From Anaerohalosphaeraceae bacterium (GTDB lineage: Bacteria; Planctomycetota; Phycisphaerae; Sedimentisphaerales; Anaerohalosphaeraceae), in the NCBI GenBank assembly GCA_050309605.1, contig JBNRMN010000034.1, positions 32,001 through 96,000 on the forward strand: DNA of 64,000 nucleotides. The letters are read 5' to 3'. Below are positions 39,678 through 49,123 of the stretch, piece after piece. Under the pieces are notes generated by a model that ran no database searches, was not told the origin of the DNA, and was given only the letters and a program-made list of their open reading frames with translations. The position numbers were made by a program, and so were the translations under genes. The first letter of the stretch is position 1, and each line of letters starts with the position of its first letter.

Positions 39678-40538
39678 ATGGGTCGGCAAGCAAATTTTTC
39701 CGAACTGCGGGATGCCATTCGGCAGGGACAAGCCAAGATCGCACAGGGGCTTAAAACCGGCCAAATGCGTTCGGATCGAGACAAGGCAGGCGCCGGCCGC
39801 GTGCCCCGGCTTGATCCTGCCCACGAGGTGTTGGGCCAAAAGCCGACGTTGACGGGAAAAGCCGCCATTTTTCAGGGGCGAAAGAAACCCCGATTTCGGT
39901 TTTCACTGCCGAAATTGCCGACAATTCGAATTCAGCTGCCGCAGATGTCGCTGCTGCCTATGCGATCTGTCGTGTCCGGTATTGCGGCGGTTCTGGTTGT
40001 GGGGCTTGTGGTTTTTGTGGTGTTTTGGATTGGAAAGGTCCTGGTTGGGTCAGGGACGACGCCCCCGGTCGCTGAGGTCGATCCGGCGGTCCAGCAGCCG
40101 GCCGTTGCGCCGGGGCCTTCTGAGCCGGTTCTGACAGGGCGGCAACCTGCCCCTGTTGAGCGTCAGTCACCGCAAGAAACCGCAGCGGTGCGGACTGAGA
40201 CGGTTCAGCCTACACAAACGCCGGCGGTTTCAACCCCAAGTACCGGCAATAATGTGATCGTGATACAGGGTATTGCGACTGCACGCGAAAATGAACTGCG
40301 CTCTGTGCAGGAATTTTTTGCTCGCCACGGCATTGAGACGGAAATTATCCGAGGCGGCAATAACTACAGTCGTTTGGTGACGAAAGGCCGATTTGAAAAT
40401 CCCAATCGGCCGGGTACCGACGGCTATGAGATGAGAATGAAAATCAGGAATGTCGGGAAACGGTATCCGGCCGAAACCGGTGATACGAAGTTCGGTACCG
40501 AGCCGTTTCAGGATGCGTATGGTCTATTAAGACAGTAA
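39678..40538 (+). CDS. Bitopic membrane protein with Pro-rich linker and SPOR-like C-terminal domain (putative)
   Basis: One TM (IAAVLVVGLVVFVVFWIG), P/T-rich linker, short beta-alpha-beta C-terminal domain. Confidence 0.6.
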   Translation: MGRQANFSELRDAIRQGQAKIAQGLKTGQMRSDRDKAGAGRVPRLDPAHEVLGQKPTLTGKAAIFQGRKKPRFRFSLPKLPTIRIQLPQMSLLPMRSVVSGIAAVLVVGLVVFVVFWIGKVLVGSGTTPPVAEVDPAVQQPAVAPGPSEPVLTGRQPAPVERQSPQETAAVRTETVQPTQTPAVSTPSTGNNVIVIQGIATARENELRSVQEFFARHGIETEIIRGGNNYSRLVTKGRFENPNRPGTDGYEMRMKIRNVGKRYPAETGDTKFGTEPFQDAYGLLRQ

Positions 40539-40564
40539 TTTTTTGATATGCAGGAGAGTTGATA

Positions 40565-40726
40565 ATGTCAGTGGATCCTTCGTTAAAAGTGAAAAGTGCG
40601 TTGATGCGCCACCGCAATGTGTTGTCGCGCGAAGAGCGGATCAAAGTTCTCCGGTCGGAAGACCGCTGGAAAGAGGGCGATAAGGTCATGGGACTTCCCA
40701 AGGTCGCCCACCGCAAAATTACGTAA
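40565..40726 (+). CDS. PVC-superphylum 'small basic protein' (53 aa)
   Basis: Below the ORF-track cutoff. MSVDPSLKVKSALMRHRNVLSREERIKVLRSEDRWKEGDKVMGLPKVAHRKIT; AGGAG RBS upstream; RNVL.R.ERI...W......GLPK signature. Confidence 0.88.
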   Translation: MSVDPSLKVKSALMRHRNVLSREERIKVLRSEDRWKEGDKVMGLPKVAHRKIT

Positions 40727-40848
40727 TCCGGAGTGTGTCGGAGTGCATCGGTGCCGCGCCGTGCGAGACGGTGTTCTCCTGCGGGCGGCATTCTGTTGCG
40801 CCCTGCGGCAGTTGACCCTGAAATTTGCCTTTGTTGTCGAGTGAACGG

Positions 40849-41970
40849 ATGAAGACTTATCTTGCAGAGCGAACGAAGCTGATTGATGCCAGTGGTATCC
40901 GCAAAGTATTTGCCCTGGGCGCGACGCTGAAAGACCCGATTAATTTTTCGATCGGCCAGCCGGAGTTTGATGTGCCTGAGGCGGTCAAAGAGGCGGCCAT
41001 CGGGGCGATTCGCGATGGACAAAACCGCTATTCCCAGACCGCCGGCGAGAATGCCGTGCTTGAGATGCTCCGTCCCCGTGTCAAAGCCGACACGGGCTGG
41101 GATGCGCCGCAGGTGATGTTGACCAACGGCGTCAGCGGGGGGTTGTTGCTGGCGTTTATGGCGCTGATTAATCCCGGCGATGAGGTCATTGTGCCGGATC
41201 CTTATTTCGTGATGTATAAACATCTGGTGCGGATGCTGGGCGGCAAATGTGTGTTTGTGGACTGCTATCCTGATTTTACACTGCCGGTTGAGAAGATCGC
41301 GGCCGCGGTGACGGACAGGACCAAGCTGATTATTCTCAATTCGCCGTCCAATCCGACCGGTCAGGTCTATAGTGAACAGGAGATCAAGGCGGTTGTCAAG
41401 ATTGCCGAGGAACGGGATATTCTCCTGCTCAGCGACGAAATCTACGAGCTGTTCAGCTACGAGCATCCCCATTTATGTATCGGGCGGTATTACGACAAGA
41501 CGCTGCTGCTGAAAGGCTTCGGCAAAAGCTACGGCATGACCGGTTGGCGGATGGGCTATGCGGCCTGTTCGGAGGCGCTCAAGCCGCTGATGGAATCGAT
41601 GCTGATGATTCAGCAATATACGTTTGTCTGTGCGCCGACGCCGTTTCAATTGGCGCTGCCGACGGCGATGGACTACGATATGAGCAGTTATGTGCAGGCG
41701 TATCGAACCAAACGGGATATGCTGTATGACGGGCTGAAAGAGACGTTCACTGTTCACAAGCCCGGCGGGGCGTTTTATATGTTCGCCGAAAAGCCCGAAC
41801 GGTACGCCACGGCGACCGATTTTGTCAAAGATGCCATCGCCCACAATGTGCTGATCATCCCCGGCAACGTCTTCAGTGAGCATGACAGCCATTTCCGGAT
41901 GTGCTATACCACCACCGAAGACAAAATCCGCCAGGGCATTGACATCCTCTGCCGTCTGGCGAAAGGGTAA
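40849..41970 (+). CDS. PLP-dependent aminotransferase class I/II
   Basis: FSIGQPEF, LNSPSNPTG, SDEIYE, GFGKSYGMTGWRMGY, PGGAFY. Confidence 0.93.
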   Translation: MKTYLAERTKLIDASGIRKVFALGATLKDPINFSIGQPEFDVPEAVKEAAIGAIRDGQNRYSQTAGENAVLEMLRPRVKADTGWDAPQVMLTNGVSGGLLLAFMALINPGDEVIVPDPYFVMYKHLVRMLGGKCVFVDCYPDFTLPVEKIAAAVTDRTKLIILNSPSNPTGQVYSEQEIKAVVKIAEERDILLLSDEIYELFSYEHPHLCIGRYYDKTLLLKGFGKSYGMTGWRMGYAACSEALKPLMESMLMIQQYTFVCAPTPFQLALPTAMDYDMSSYVQAYRTKRDMLYDGLKETFTVHKPGGAFYMFAEKPERYATATDFVKDAIAHNVLIIPGNVFSEHDSHFRMCYTTTEDKIRQGIDILCRLAKG

Positions 41971-42115
41971 AACAGAGGCATTCATTGCCCCTCATCATAG
42001 CCCCCGTGGAATGGAATGGATTGAATGCAACAAGAACATTGTCGGCGCGTCTGAAATAAGCGGACGCGCCGTTTTTTTGTTGTATTATCAGATTTTTGGC
42101 TATACGATTGCTTTT

Positions 42116-43714
42116 ATGGATGGACTGACGGGTTCAATTCGGATGGCTTGGCTGGCGGCTGCGGCGGCAGGAGCGGTGCTGGCGGCGGGGTGGGTTTCAA
42201 GCGGATATGCCGTGTCGGGAAATGGAAGACAGATTGCCGACGCCAACCTGCCGGCGCTGACGTCGTCACCGAAAATCGCCGCCGTGATCGACTGCCATGG
42301 AATGATCGATGAGGGGCTGTATCAGTCCATTGTTCGCCGCAGCGAGGAGGCGATTGCCGCGGGGGCGGACTACCTTTTTTATGATATTCAAACCTACGGC
42401 GGACGGGTTGACAGCGCCGATGAAATCAGCAAGTATCTCATTCACGACGTGAGGCCGATGGCCCATACGGTGGCGTATATCAGCAAAGAGGCCATTTCCG
42501 CCGGCGCTATGGTCAGCGTGTCCTGCAAAGATATTCTAATGCGCAGACATACGACCATCGGCGCCAGTGCCCCGATGTCGATGGGCGGGACACTGGAAGG
42601 GGTCGAGCGTGAAAAGATCGAAAGCTACGTTCGTTCGGTGTTCAGCCGGGCCGCCGAGGCCAACGGCTACCCCGAAGCACTGCTCAAGGCGATGGTCACC
42701 CGACAGCTTGAGGTCTGGCAGGTCAAAAATCGGACCACCGGACAAATGGAATTTTTTGAGACCGAGCACCTGCCGACCGACCCCAATACCTATGATTTGA
42801 AGAACAAGCATCTGATTGTCAAAGATGATGAGATTCTGACGCTGACCGATTCCAAAGCGTATGAGTACGGCATTGCTCGGGCGGTGGTTGAGAATTTGGA
42901 TGAAGCGCTGGCGTTTCTGGCCGAGCGCGACGGGGTGGTTTTTGACCCCAAGGTGCTGTTCTTTAAACCGCTCTGGTCTGAACAAATGGTGCGGTGGATC
43001 AATTCGCCGGCGGTCGTCAGCGTCCTGGTGCTGGGGATTTTGCTGGGGATTTATGTGGAAATGAACACGCCGGGACTGGGGCTGCCGAGTCTGTTGGCGA
43101 TCCTCTGTCTGGTGGTTCTGGTCGGCAGTCGGTATTTGACCGGTATGGCCAACTGGATTGAGATTGCGATTTTGGTGATCGGCATCGTGCTGCTGCTGGT
43201 TGAGTTTTTTATTCTGCCCGGTTTCGGCGTGGCTGGATTTTTGGGTATTACGTGCATTTTGATCGGTTTATTCGGAATGCTCGTACGCACCGCGCCCGGG
43301 GAGATTCCCTGGCCCAAAAATCCGGCGGCCTGGCAGGAGTTTACCGACGGACTGATGGGCATTGCGGTCGGTTTTGCGGCGTTTTTGGTCGCAGTGCTGG
43401 TGTTGTCTCGGTATATGGATCGAATTCCTCTGTTTCGGTCGTTTGTGCTCAGCAGCGCCCTGGACAGGCCCGGCCGCTCAGATGCCGCCGTTGCATCGAA
43501 AGAAAACGCTGCCGTTCCGGCCGCGACTGCGCTTGGGCCGGGACAAATCGGGCGAACGATTTCGGTCTTGCGTCCGGCAGGCAAGGCGCGATTCGACGAC
43601 ACAATCGCCGATGTCGTTACCCGCGGCGAGTTCCTGGGCAAAGATATTTCGGTCACGATACTTGAAATCCGCGGCAACCGAATTGTTGTTGCGGCCGAAC
43701 AGTGGGAAACCTGA
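42116..43714 (+). CDS. NfeD-family membrane protein with ClpP/crotonase-like N-terminal domain (YqeZ-like)
   Basis: IQTYGGRVDSA, AISAGA, TM bundle with ILPGFGVAG, C-terminal LRPAGKA...DVVTRGEFL; start uncertain. Confidence 0.88.
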   Translation: MDGLTGSIRMAWLAAAAAGAVLAAGWVSSGYAVSGNGRQIADANLPALTSSPKIAAVIDCHGMIDEGLYQSIVRRSEEAIAAGADYLFYDIQTYGGRVDSADEISKYLIHDVRPMAHTVAYISKEAISAGAMVSVSCKDILMRRHTTIGASAPMSMGGTLEGVEREKIESYVRSVFSRAAEANGYPEALLKAMVTRQLEVWQVKNRTTGQMEFFETEHLPTDPNTYDLKNKHLIVKDDEILTLTDSKAYEYGIARAVVENLDEALAFLAERDGVVFDPKVLFFKPLWSEQMVRWINSPAVVSVLVLGILLGIYVEMNTPGLGLPSLLAILCLVVLVGSRYLTGMANWIEIAILVIGIVLLLVEFFILPGFGVAGFLGITCILIGLFGMLVRTAPGEIPWPKNPAAWQEFTDGLMGIAVGFAAFLVAVLVLSRYMDRIPLFRSFVLSSALDRPGRSDAAVASKENAAVPAATALGPGQIGRTISVLRPAGKARFDDTIADVVTRGEFLGKDISVTILEIRGNRIVVAAEQWET

Positions 43715-43728
43715 GTCGAGGCGAACGA

Positions 43729-44235
43729 ATGCTCATGGATATTGCCCTGATTGTGTTTGCGTTGTTTTTGTATATCGTCTGTGCCGTACTGACGGTGATG
43801 GAGATCTTTATCCCCAGTTTCGGATTGCTGACGCTGCTGGCAATCGGAACGTTTGTGTGGGGGGCGTCCCTGTTTTTTCAGGTCAGCACGGCGGTCGGCT
43901 GGTTTGGTGTGTTTACGGCGATGGTGGTGATACCCACGTTTTGGGTAATCACCTACAAGCTGTTTCCGAAAACCTCCATCGGACAGGCGATGGTGCTGAA
44001 GAATGTCTCGCGTTCGGCCGGCGATGCCATCGCGGACAAAGATGATCTGGCGCGATTGTCAGGCAAGCGCGGCAGGACGATGGGTCCGCTCAGGCCGGTG
44101 GGGGTTTGCGAGATTGAGGGCAAGCGGGTCATCTGCAGCGCCGAGGTGGGATTTATCCCCAAAGAGACTGAGATTGAAGTCATCCGTGTGGAAGGCAACA
44201 CGATTACCGTGCGAACAAAAGAAACACATATTTAA
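43729..44235 (+). CDS. Short NfeD-family protein
   Basis: EIFIPSFG TM segments plus C-terminal OB (LRPVG..EIEGKR...VEGNTITV). Confidence 0.85.
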   Translation: MLMDIALIVFALFLYIVCAVLTVMEIFIPSFGLLTLLAIGTFVWGASLFFQVSTAVGWFGVFTAMVVIPTFWVITYKLFPKTSIGQAMVLKNVSRSAGDAIADKDDLARLSGKRGRTMGPLRPVGVCEIEGKRVICSAEVGFIPKETEIEVIRVEGNTITVRTKETHI

Positions 44236-44253
44236 TTTCGAAAGGAGTCAACA

Positions 44254-45279
44254 ATGATCGAGGCATTGCTGCTTGCCAATGTTGTCCAGGTCGGCTTTTT
44301 TATCGTGATCGGCCTGATCTTACTGCTCTTTGTGATGCTGGTGATTTTTTACGGGAATTTGTGGCTTCAGGCCCGATTCTCAGGCGCTCCGGTCTCCTTT
44401 GCCGAACTGATCGGGATGTCGCTTCGCAAGGTCAATTCCCGCACGATTGTTGTGAGTCGAATTACCGCGGCCAAGGCGGGTTTGGAGCTGACCACGGCGC
44501 AGCTTGAAAGCCATTATCTTGCCGGCGGACGTGTGCCGAATGTCGTCAGTGCGCTGATTGCCGCCGACCGAGCCAATATCAATCTGTCCTGGCAGGTTGC
44601 CACCGCGATTGATCTTGCCGGACGCGATATTCTCGAAGCGGTGCAAACCAGCGTCAATCCCAAGGTCATCGACTGTCCCGATCCGCGCAAAGGCCGCGAA
44701 ACCGTCGATGCGGTCGCCCAGGACGGCATTCAGCTCAAGGCCAAGGCCCGCGTAACGGTTCGTGCCAATATCGAGCGACTCATCGGCGGAGCAACCGAGG
44801 AGACCATCATCGCGCGTGTCGGTGAGGGAATTGTCACCACCATCGGCAGCGCGGTCAACCACAAAAGCGTGCTGGAAAATCCCGACCGCATTTCACGAGC
44901 GGTGCTCGAAAAAGGCCTGGATGCCGGCACGGCCTTTGAAATCCTGTCCATTGATATCGCGGATGTCGATGTAGGGCAAAATATCGGCGCCCAGCTTCAG
45001 GGAGCACAGGCCGAGGCCGACAAACTTCGCGCCAAGGCCGAGGCGGAAAAACGACGCGCCATGGCCGTCGCGCGCGAACAGGAAATGCGTGCGCTGGTCG
45101 AAGAAAATCGCGCCAAAGTGGTGCTGGCCGAGGCGGAAATCCCGCTGGCCATGGCCGAGGCCTTTCGCAAGGGCAATCTCGGTGTGATGGATTACTATCG
45201 CCTGAAAAATATCAAATCCGATACTGAAATGCGCGAATCCATTGCCAAAGGTGACGCCAAGCCCAAGTCGGAGGACTGA
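44254..45279 (+). CDS. floA: Flotillin-like protein FloA (YqfA)
   Basis: [68 protein letters not shown]. Confidence 0.95.
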   Translation: MIEALLLANVVQVGFFIVIGLILLLFVMLVIFYGNLWLQARFSGAPVSFAELIGMSLRKVNSRTIVVSRITAAKAGLELTTAQLESHYLAGGRVPNVVSALIAADRANINLSWQVATAIDLAGRDILEAVQTSVNPKVIDCPDPRKGRETVDAVAQDGIQLKAKARVTVRANIERLIGGATEETIIARVGEGIVTTIGSAVNHKSVLENPDRISRAVLEKGLDAGTAFEILSIDIADVDVGQNIGAQLQGAQAEADKLRAKAEAEKRRAMAVAREQEMRALVEENRAKVVLAEAEIPLAMAEAFRKGNLGVMDYYRLKNIKSDTEMRESIAKGDAKPKSED

Positions 45280-45281
45280 TT

Positions 45282-46046
45282 GTGTCGATGGCAGCCTATA
45301 CAATGCCGCCGGCAAACGGCGATTGGCTGGAGTTGCTTTTCCCCATTGTGCTGATGGTGGTTTACTGGGCTGCGGCGGTGGGCAAGGCATTTATGGCGCG
45401 CGCAAAGCAAAAAGATCAGCAGGCCGAGAGTGCTTCACGATCGGATGTGCCGGAGCGATCAGCGCCGCGGTTTAAGCCGCTTGATCAAGCCGCTCGCTCC
45501 CGTCAACAGACGCCGCCGCAGCGAACGCTGCCGTATGCGCGCACAGCATCCCGAAGTTCCGGTCTGCCCTCGGAGCCGTCCTATGCCGATCAGGAGGCCC
45601 GACGGCGCGCCGATCAGGAACGTCAACAGCAGATCGAACAACGTCGGCTTCGACACATCGAGGCGTTGCGCCGTCAGCAATTGCAGCGAAAACAGTATAT
45701 GCAGCGTCAGCAGCAGATTCAGCAACAAGCGTCACAGTCGGTCAAGGCGGCTCAAACCGTCGGACAGCGGGTCTTGCGGTCGCCGGGCAGTGTGTCCAAG
45801 ACTCCGCAGGAGGCCTTGAGGCAGGCGCGCACCGGAAAACCGGTCGGCGTCGGGGCGGCCGCTGCACGTCCGGCTGCAGGCAAGGAGCCGCCTCAAGTCC
45901 GCCCAGCAATACGGCAAGAGCCAATCGAAGCGGGCGGCTCGTCCGCGGCCGAATTGCGCCGAATGCTGCAAAAACGCGGAAGTTTGCGTACGGCGTTTGT
46001 GCTGAAGGAAATCCTTGATTTGCCGATGGCTTTGCGGGACGGGTAA
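45282..46046 (+). CDS. Hypothetical membrane-anchored low-complexity protein (YqfB-like position after floA)
   Basis: N-terminal TM, Q/R-rich middle, C-terminal LRTAFVLKEILDLPMALR. Confidence 0.65.
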   Translation: MSMAAYTMPPANGDWLELLFPIVLMVVYWAAAVGKAFMARAKQKDQQAESASRSDVPERSAPRFKPLDQAARSRQQTPPQRTLPYARTASRSSGLPSEPSYADQEARRRADQERQQQIEQRRLRHIEALRRQQLQRKQYMQRQQQIQQQASQSVKAAQTVGQRVLRSPGSVSKTPQEALRQARTGKPVGVGAAAARPAAGKEPPQVRPAIRQEPIEAGGSSAAELRRMLQKRGSLRTAFVLKEILDLPMALRDG

Positions 46047-46109
46047 AACCCTGTTTTACCGCGGATTGACTGCTGCATTCAGTCGATTTGGCGAAATATT
46101 TGCCGGATA

Positions 46110-46892
46110 TTAGTCGTCTGTTTGTCGCCGGGCGGCCAGAATCGCTGCGCCCAGGGCGCCGGTAAACTGTGGCGATTGACAGACCTTGACCGGTTGAGCC
46201 AGGACGGTTTCAAAGGCCTCGCGCATTCCCGAAATCAGCGCTGCGCCGCCGGTAAAATAGACGGGGCTTTGGATCAGGCCGCCGCCCATTGCCGCCAGTC
46301 GGCGTACGATGGCGTTTTGCACGCCGGCGATAATATTTTCGCGCGATTGGCCCTGGGCGAGCAGGCCGACGATCTCGGTCTCGGCAAAAACCACACAAAT
46401 GCTGCTGACGGCTGCGGGGGCATCGCTGCGGCGGGCGTAATCACCCAGCTCATCCAGCGGCACATCCAGCCGGTCGGCGACGACTTCCAGGAATCGCCCG
46501 GTCCCGGCGGCGCAGCGATCGTTCATCACAAAATCCCGCACCTTGCCCCGGCTGTCCAGTCGAATGAGTTTGCTGTCCTGTCCGCCGATGTCGATGACGG
46601 TGGCGACGTCCGGGTGCAGATGGGCGGCGCCGACGGCATGGCAGGTGATTTCGGTGATCGTCGTATCGCTTACATTCACGAGCCTGCGTCCGTAGCCGGT
46701 CGCGGCCACAGCGGCGACGCGACTGCGATTGATCTTTACCTCATTGAGGAGATCATAAAACAGGCGTCGAGCGCGACTCTGCTGATCGGCGCCCTGGTCG
46801 TCCAAGCGGCGGGCCAACACGGTTTGCTGTTGACTGTCCCACAGCACGGCCTTAAGCGTGCGCGAGCCGGCGTCAATGCCTGCGGTAATCAT
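46110..46892 (-). CDS. ATP-dependent [4Fe-4S] activase/reductase (HgdC/BcrAD/DCCP-R type, ASKHA ATPase)
   Basis: GIDAGSRTLK, ATGYGR, TEITCHA, IDIGGQDSK, MNDRCAAGTGRFLE, SSICVVFAETE, FTGG. Confidence 0.93.
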   Translation of the reverse strand: MITAGIDAGSRTLKAVLWDSQQQTVLARRLDDQGADQQSRARRLFYDLLNEVKINRSRVAAVAATGYGRRLVNVSDTTITEITCHAVGAAHLHPDVATVIDIGGQDSKLIRLDSRGKVRDFVMNDRCAAGTGRFLEVVADRLDVPLDELGDYARRSDAPAAVSSICVVFAETEIVGLLAQGQSRENIIAGVQNAIVRRLAAMGGGLIQSPVYFTGGAALISGMREAFETVLAQPVKVCQSPQFTGALGAAILAARRQTDD

Positions 46893-48280
46893 ATTGCTCT
46901 CCTGCTTTTTGCGGTTTCGATTAAGGCTTCCAATCGCGTTGTCAGCGATGATTCATACGGGTCAATCAGCGTGGGAATTTCGATATCCAGAACGGCAAGC
47001 GCGGTGTGGTTTCGAATGCAGTCGGCAATGAGTCTGCCTTCTGTGGCGCAGTGGCTGGCGCCGGGGATGCGGCTGAATACGACCGCCTCGGCGCCGACGG
47101 TATGAATGCTGCGCAGGATACCTCCTGCTCGTCGTTGAGCTGAGCCGGCCATCGGATCGGCCAGGGCGGCTGTGGCCAGGGCGACAAACGGGTCATCGGT
47201 TTCATCGATGGACATTAAAGCGTGCGGGAACATCAGCTCCGTGCCGCAGAGCCGTCCGCCGCACTGTTCCATCAGATTCATTGCATAGACATCTGCCGGC
47301 GGATTGACCCAGAAAACACGTACCGGTTCATTTGAAAGGACGCCGAGGTTGTTTTCGACGCGGCGGTTCACCTCGTTCAGCAGGCCGGTCAGGACGACCT
47401 CGGTCTCGTTCGGATCGGAACAAAAGTGAATCGCCAGCATCTCGGCCAGCATCATCTCCAGCGCCGGCAGGGGACATCGCGGTGCGGAGAACACCCTCAT
47501 TTTCAGGGTTCTCAAAAGCTTCCGGATGCGATTGGTTTGACGGATCGAAGTTCTGAGTTGTTGATGATCAAGCGGCCGGCCCGCAACCTCTGCGAGATAG
47601 TCGGCCACACGCATCAACTCACATCGCACATAATCGATTTGTTGTTCCGATGCCGTCAGGCCGTTGGGTCGAACACGGGCTGTTTGGCCGTTGTGCGGGT
47701 TGCGGTAATGGGGCATTTCCCACCAGAAGATTTCAAATCCGAGGCTTTCCAGCCGTGCCGCGGCGATGGAAAAATCGTCGCAGGTGGCCCCGACACTGCA
47801 CACGAGGGCGTCGGGAATCGGAAAATGCTGTCCGTTGACAAATGCCCCGACCATGGCGCGGACCGGACAAAACGCAGCGTCCAGTCCATATTGGTCGGCC
47901 AGCTCGAACAGGCCGTCTCGCTGCTGTTTGAAGCAGGGAATCCACCAGGCCGCGTCAGGATAAAACGCCGTCAGATTTTCAAAGGCGTATGCAATGACCG
48001 GTATCGTGCCGAGGTCTTTCATTGTGCCGATGATTTTGTTGCCCTGCCGGCGCCACAGCCGCAGGCGGTCTTCTTCGGTCAGTATCAAGTTCCACAAGGC
48101 CAGCGCCGCCGGCGCGTTGTCAAACCGCAGCCGGTCAAGCCGTTTGTCGCCGGCGTTAAAATGACGCTGCAGCGGCCCGCCGTAAAAGCGTTCTTTCAGG
48201 TCGGCCTCGCAAAGCTGTCGGTAGCGCTGCTGCCACTGGTCAAGCGTCAGTTGTGCAGGCGGTACGTTCATCGCTCCCAT
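46889..48280 (-). CDS. 2-hydroxyacyl-CoA dehydratase (HGD-D) family Fe-S protein, divergent
   Basis: AFCPVRAMVG, GATCDDFS, LRTSIRQTNRIRKLL, SHCATEG, LTTRLEALIE; overlaps both neighbours. Confidence 0.8.
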   Translation of the reverse strand: MGAMNVPPAQLTLDQWQQRYRQLCEADLKERFYGGPLQRHFNAGDKRLDRLRFDNAPAALALWNLILTEEDRLRLWRRQGNKIIGTMKDLGTIPVIAYAFENLTAFYPDAAWWIPCFKQQRDGLFELADQYGLDAAFCPVRAMVGAFVNGQHFPIPDALVCSVGATCDDFSIAAARLESLGFEIFWWEMPHYRNPHNGQTARVRPNGLTASEQQIDYVRCELMRVADYLAEVAGRPLDHQQLRTSIRQTNRIRKLLRTLKMRVFSAPRCPLPALEMMLAEMLAIHFCSDPNETEVVLTGLLNEVNRRVENNLGVLSNEPVRVFWVNPPADVYAMNLMEQCGGRLCGTELMFPHALMSIDETDDPFVALATAALADPMAGSAQRRAGGILRSIHTVGAEAVVFSRIPGASHCATEGRLIADCIRNHTALAVLDIEIPTLIDPYESSLTTRLEALIETAKSRRAI

Positions 48281-49119
48281 TGCTCCAAAAAAGCGTCCAG
48301 CCGCGACAGCGAAGCTGCTGACAGACGTGCGCAGGAATCGGTTTCAATGCAGATAAGCGGTACGGTAAGTCGCTTGCGCAGATCGAATATCGCCGCCTTC
48401 CAGTAATCACAGAACGGATGCCGGATGACCATCGCGCCAAGAACCCGACGGCGATGGATCGCCTCGCTGAGCCGGTCGAAAAACGGCTCAGCCGGACGCC
48501 GCCAGATCGCAGGCGTTGTCAGATAATGGTCGGCCAGCGCCGCAAGCGGAGGGCTGTTGCCCGCTGTCGGCTCGAAGGGCGTTCGCAGATTTTGCCATGC
48601 CGATTCGGTGCCGTTGAAAACAATCGGCAGACCGCGTGCGGCCGTAAGTTGAGTCAGATCGAAAAAATCGCACTCAAACAACGGCCCGCCGATCACGGCA
48701 AGCCCCTTGTCCTGCGATTCGACGGTTTGGGATGCTGAGTGATTCATTGGATCGGTCAGGAGGGCGGGATTAGTTCGACCGCCGTCCAGCTCGACCAGAC
48801 CGCGTTCCAGCCGTTCAAACTCGTCGCAAAGGATGGTGCGTGCCGTCGGGCTGCCGGTTTTGGGGATGTTCAGCAAAAACGCCGGTTTGTCCGATTGAAG
48901 GGTGTGTCTCTCATACATACGCCTCATCTGGTCGCAGCCGGTGGTAAAAACCGCCGCATCGACCTGTCGGACCGCAGCGGAAAAGGCGTTTGCCCACGCA
49001 CAAAGACCTTCGATCTCGTCGCGTCGTTCCGGCGTTGGTTCGGGACGACAGGGCGTGTGGCCGCAGGCGGTAATCAGCTCAATCGGAACAAACGGACAAC
49101 AATAACCGATTCTTGCCAT
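48268..49119 (-). CDS. 2-hydroxyacyl-CoA dehydratase family protein, shortened (about 283 aa)
   Basis: MARIGYCCPFVPIELITACG, GLCAWA, TTGCDQMRR, PFCDYW, IETD...SRLDAFLE; ATG at 49119, 4 nt after the upstream stop. Confidence 0.8.
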   Translation of the reverse strand: MARIGYCCPFVPIELITACGHTPCRPEPTPERRDEIEGLCAWANAFSAAVRQVDAAVFTTGCDQMRRMYERHTLQSDKPAFLLNIPKTGSPTARTILCDEFERLERGLVELDGGRTNPALLTDPMNHSASQTVESQDKGLAVIGGPLFECDFFDLTQLTAARGLPIVFNGTESAWQNLRTPFEPTAGNSPPLAALADHYLTTPAIWRRPAEPFFDRLSEAIHRRRVLGAMVIRHPFCDYWKAAIFDLRKRLTVPLICIETDSCARLSAASLSRLDAFLEQWER

Positions 49120-49123
49120 CGTA

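Noticed and set aside
40752..40810. Possible three-way-junction RNA upstream of the aminotransferase
   Set aside because: Short GC-rich stems are expected by chance, and I recognised no riboswitch consensus.
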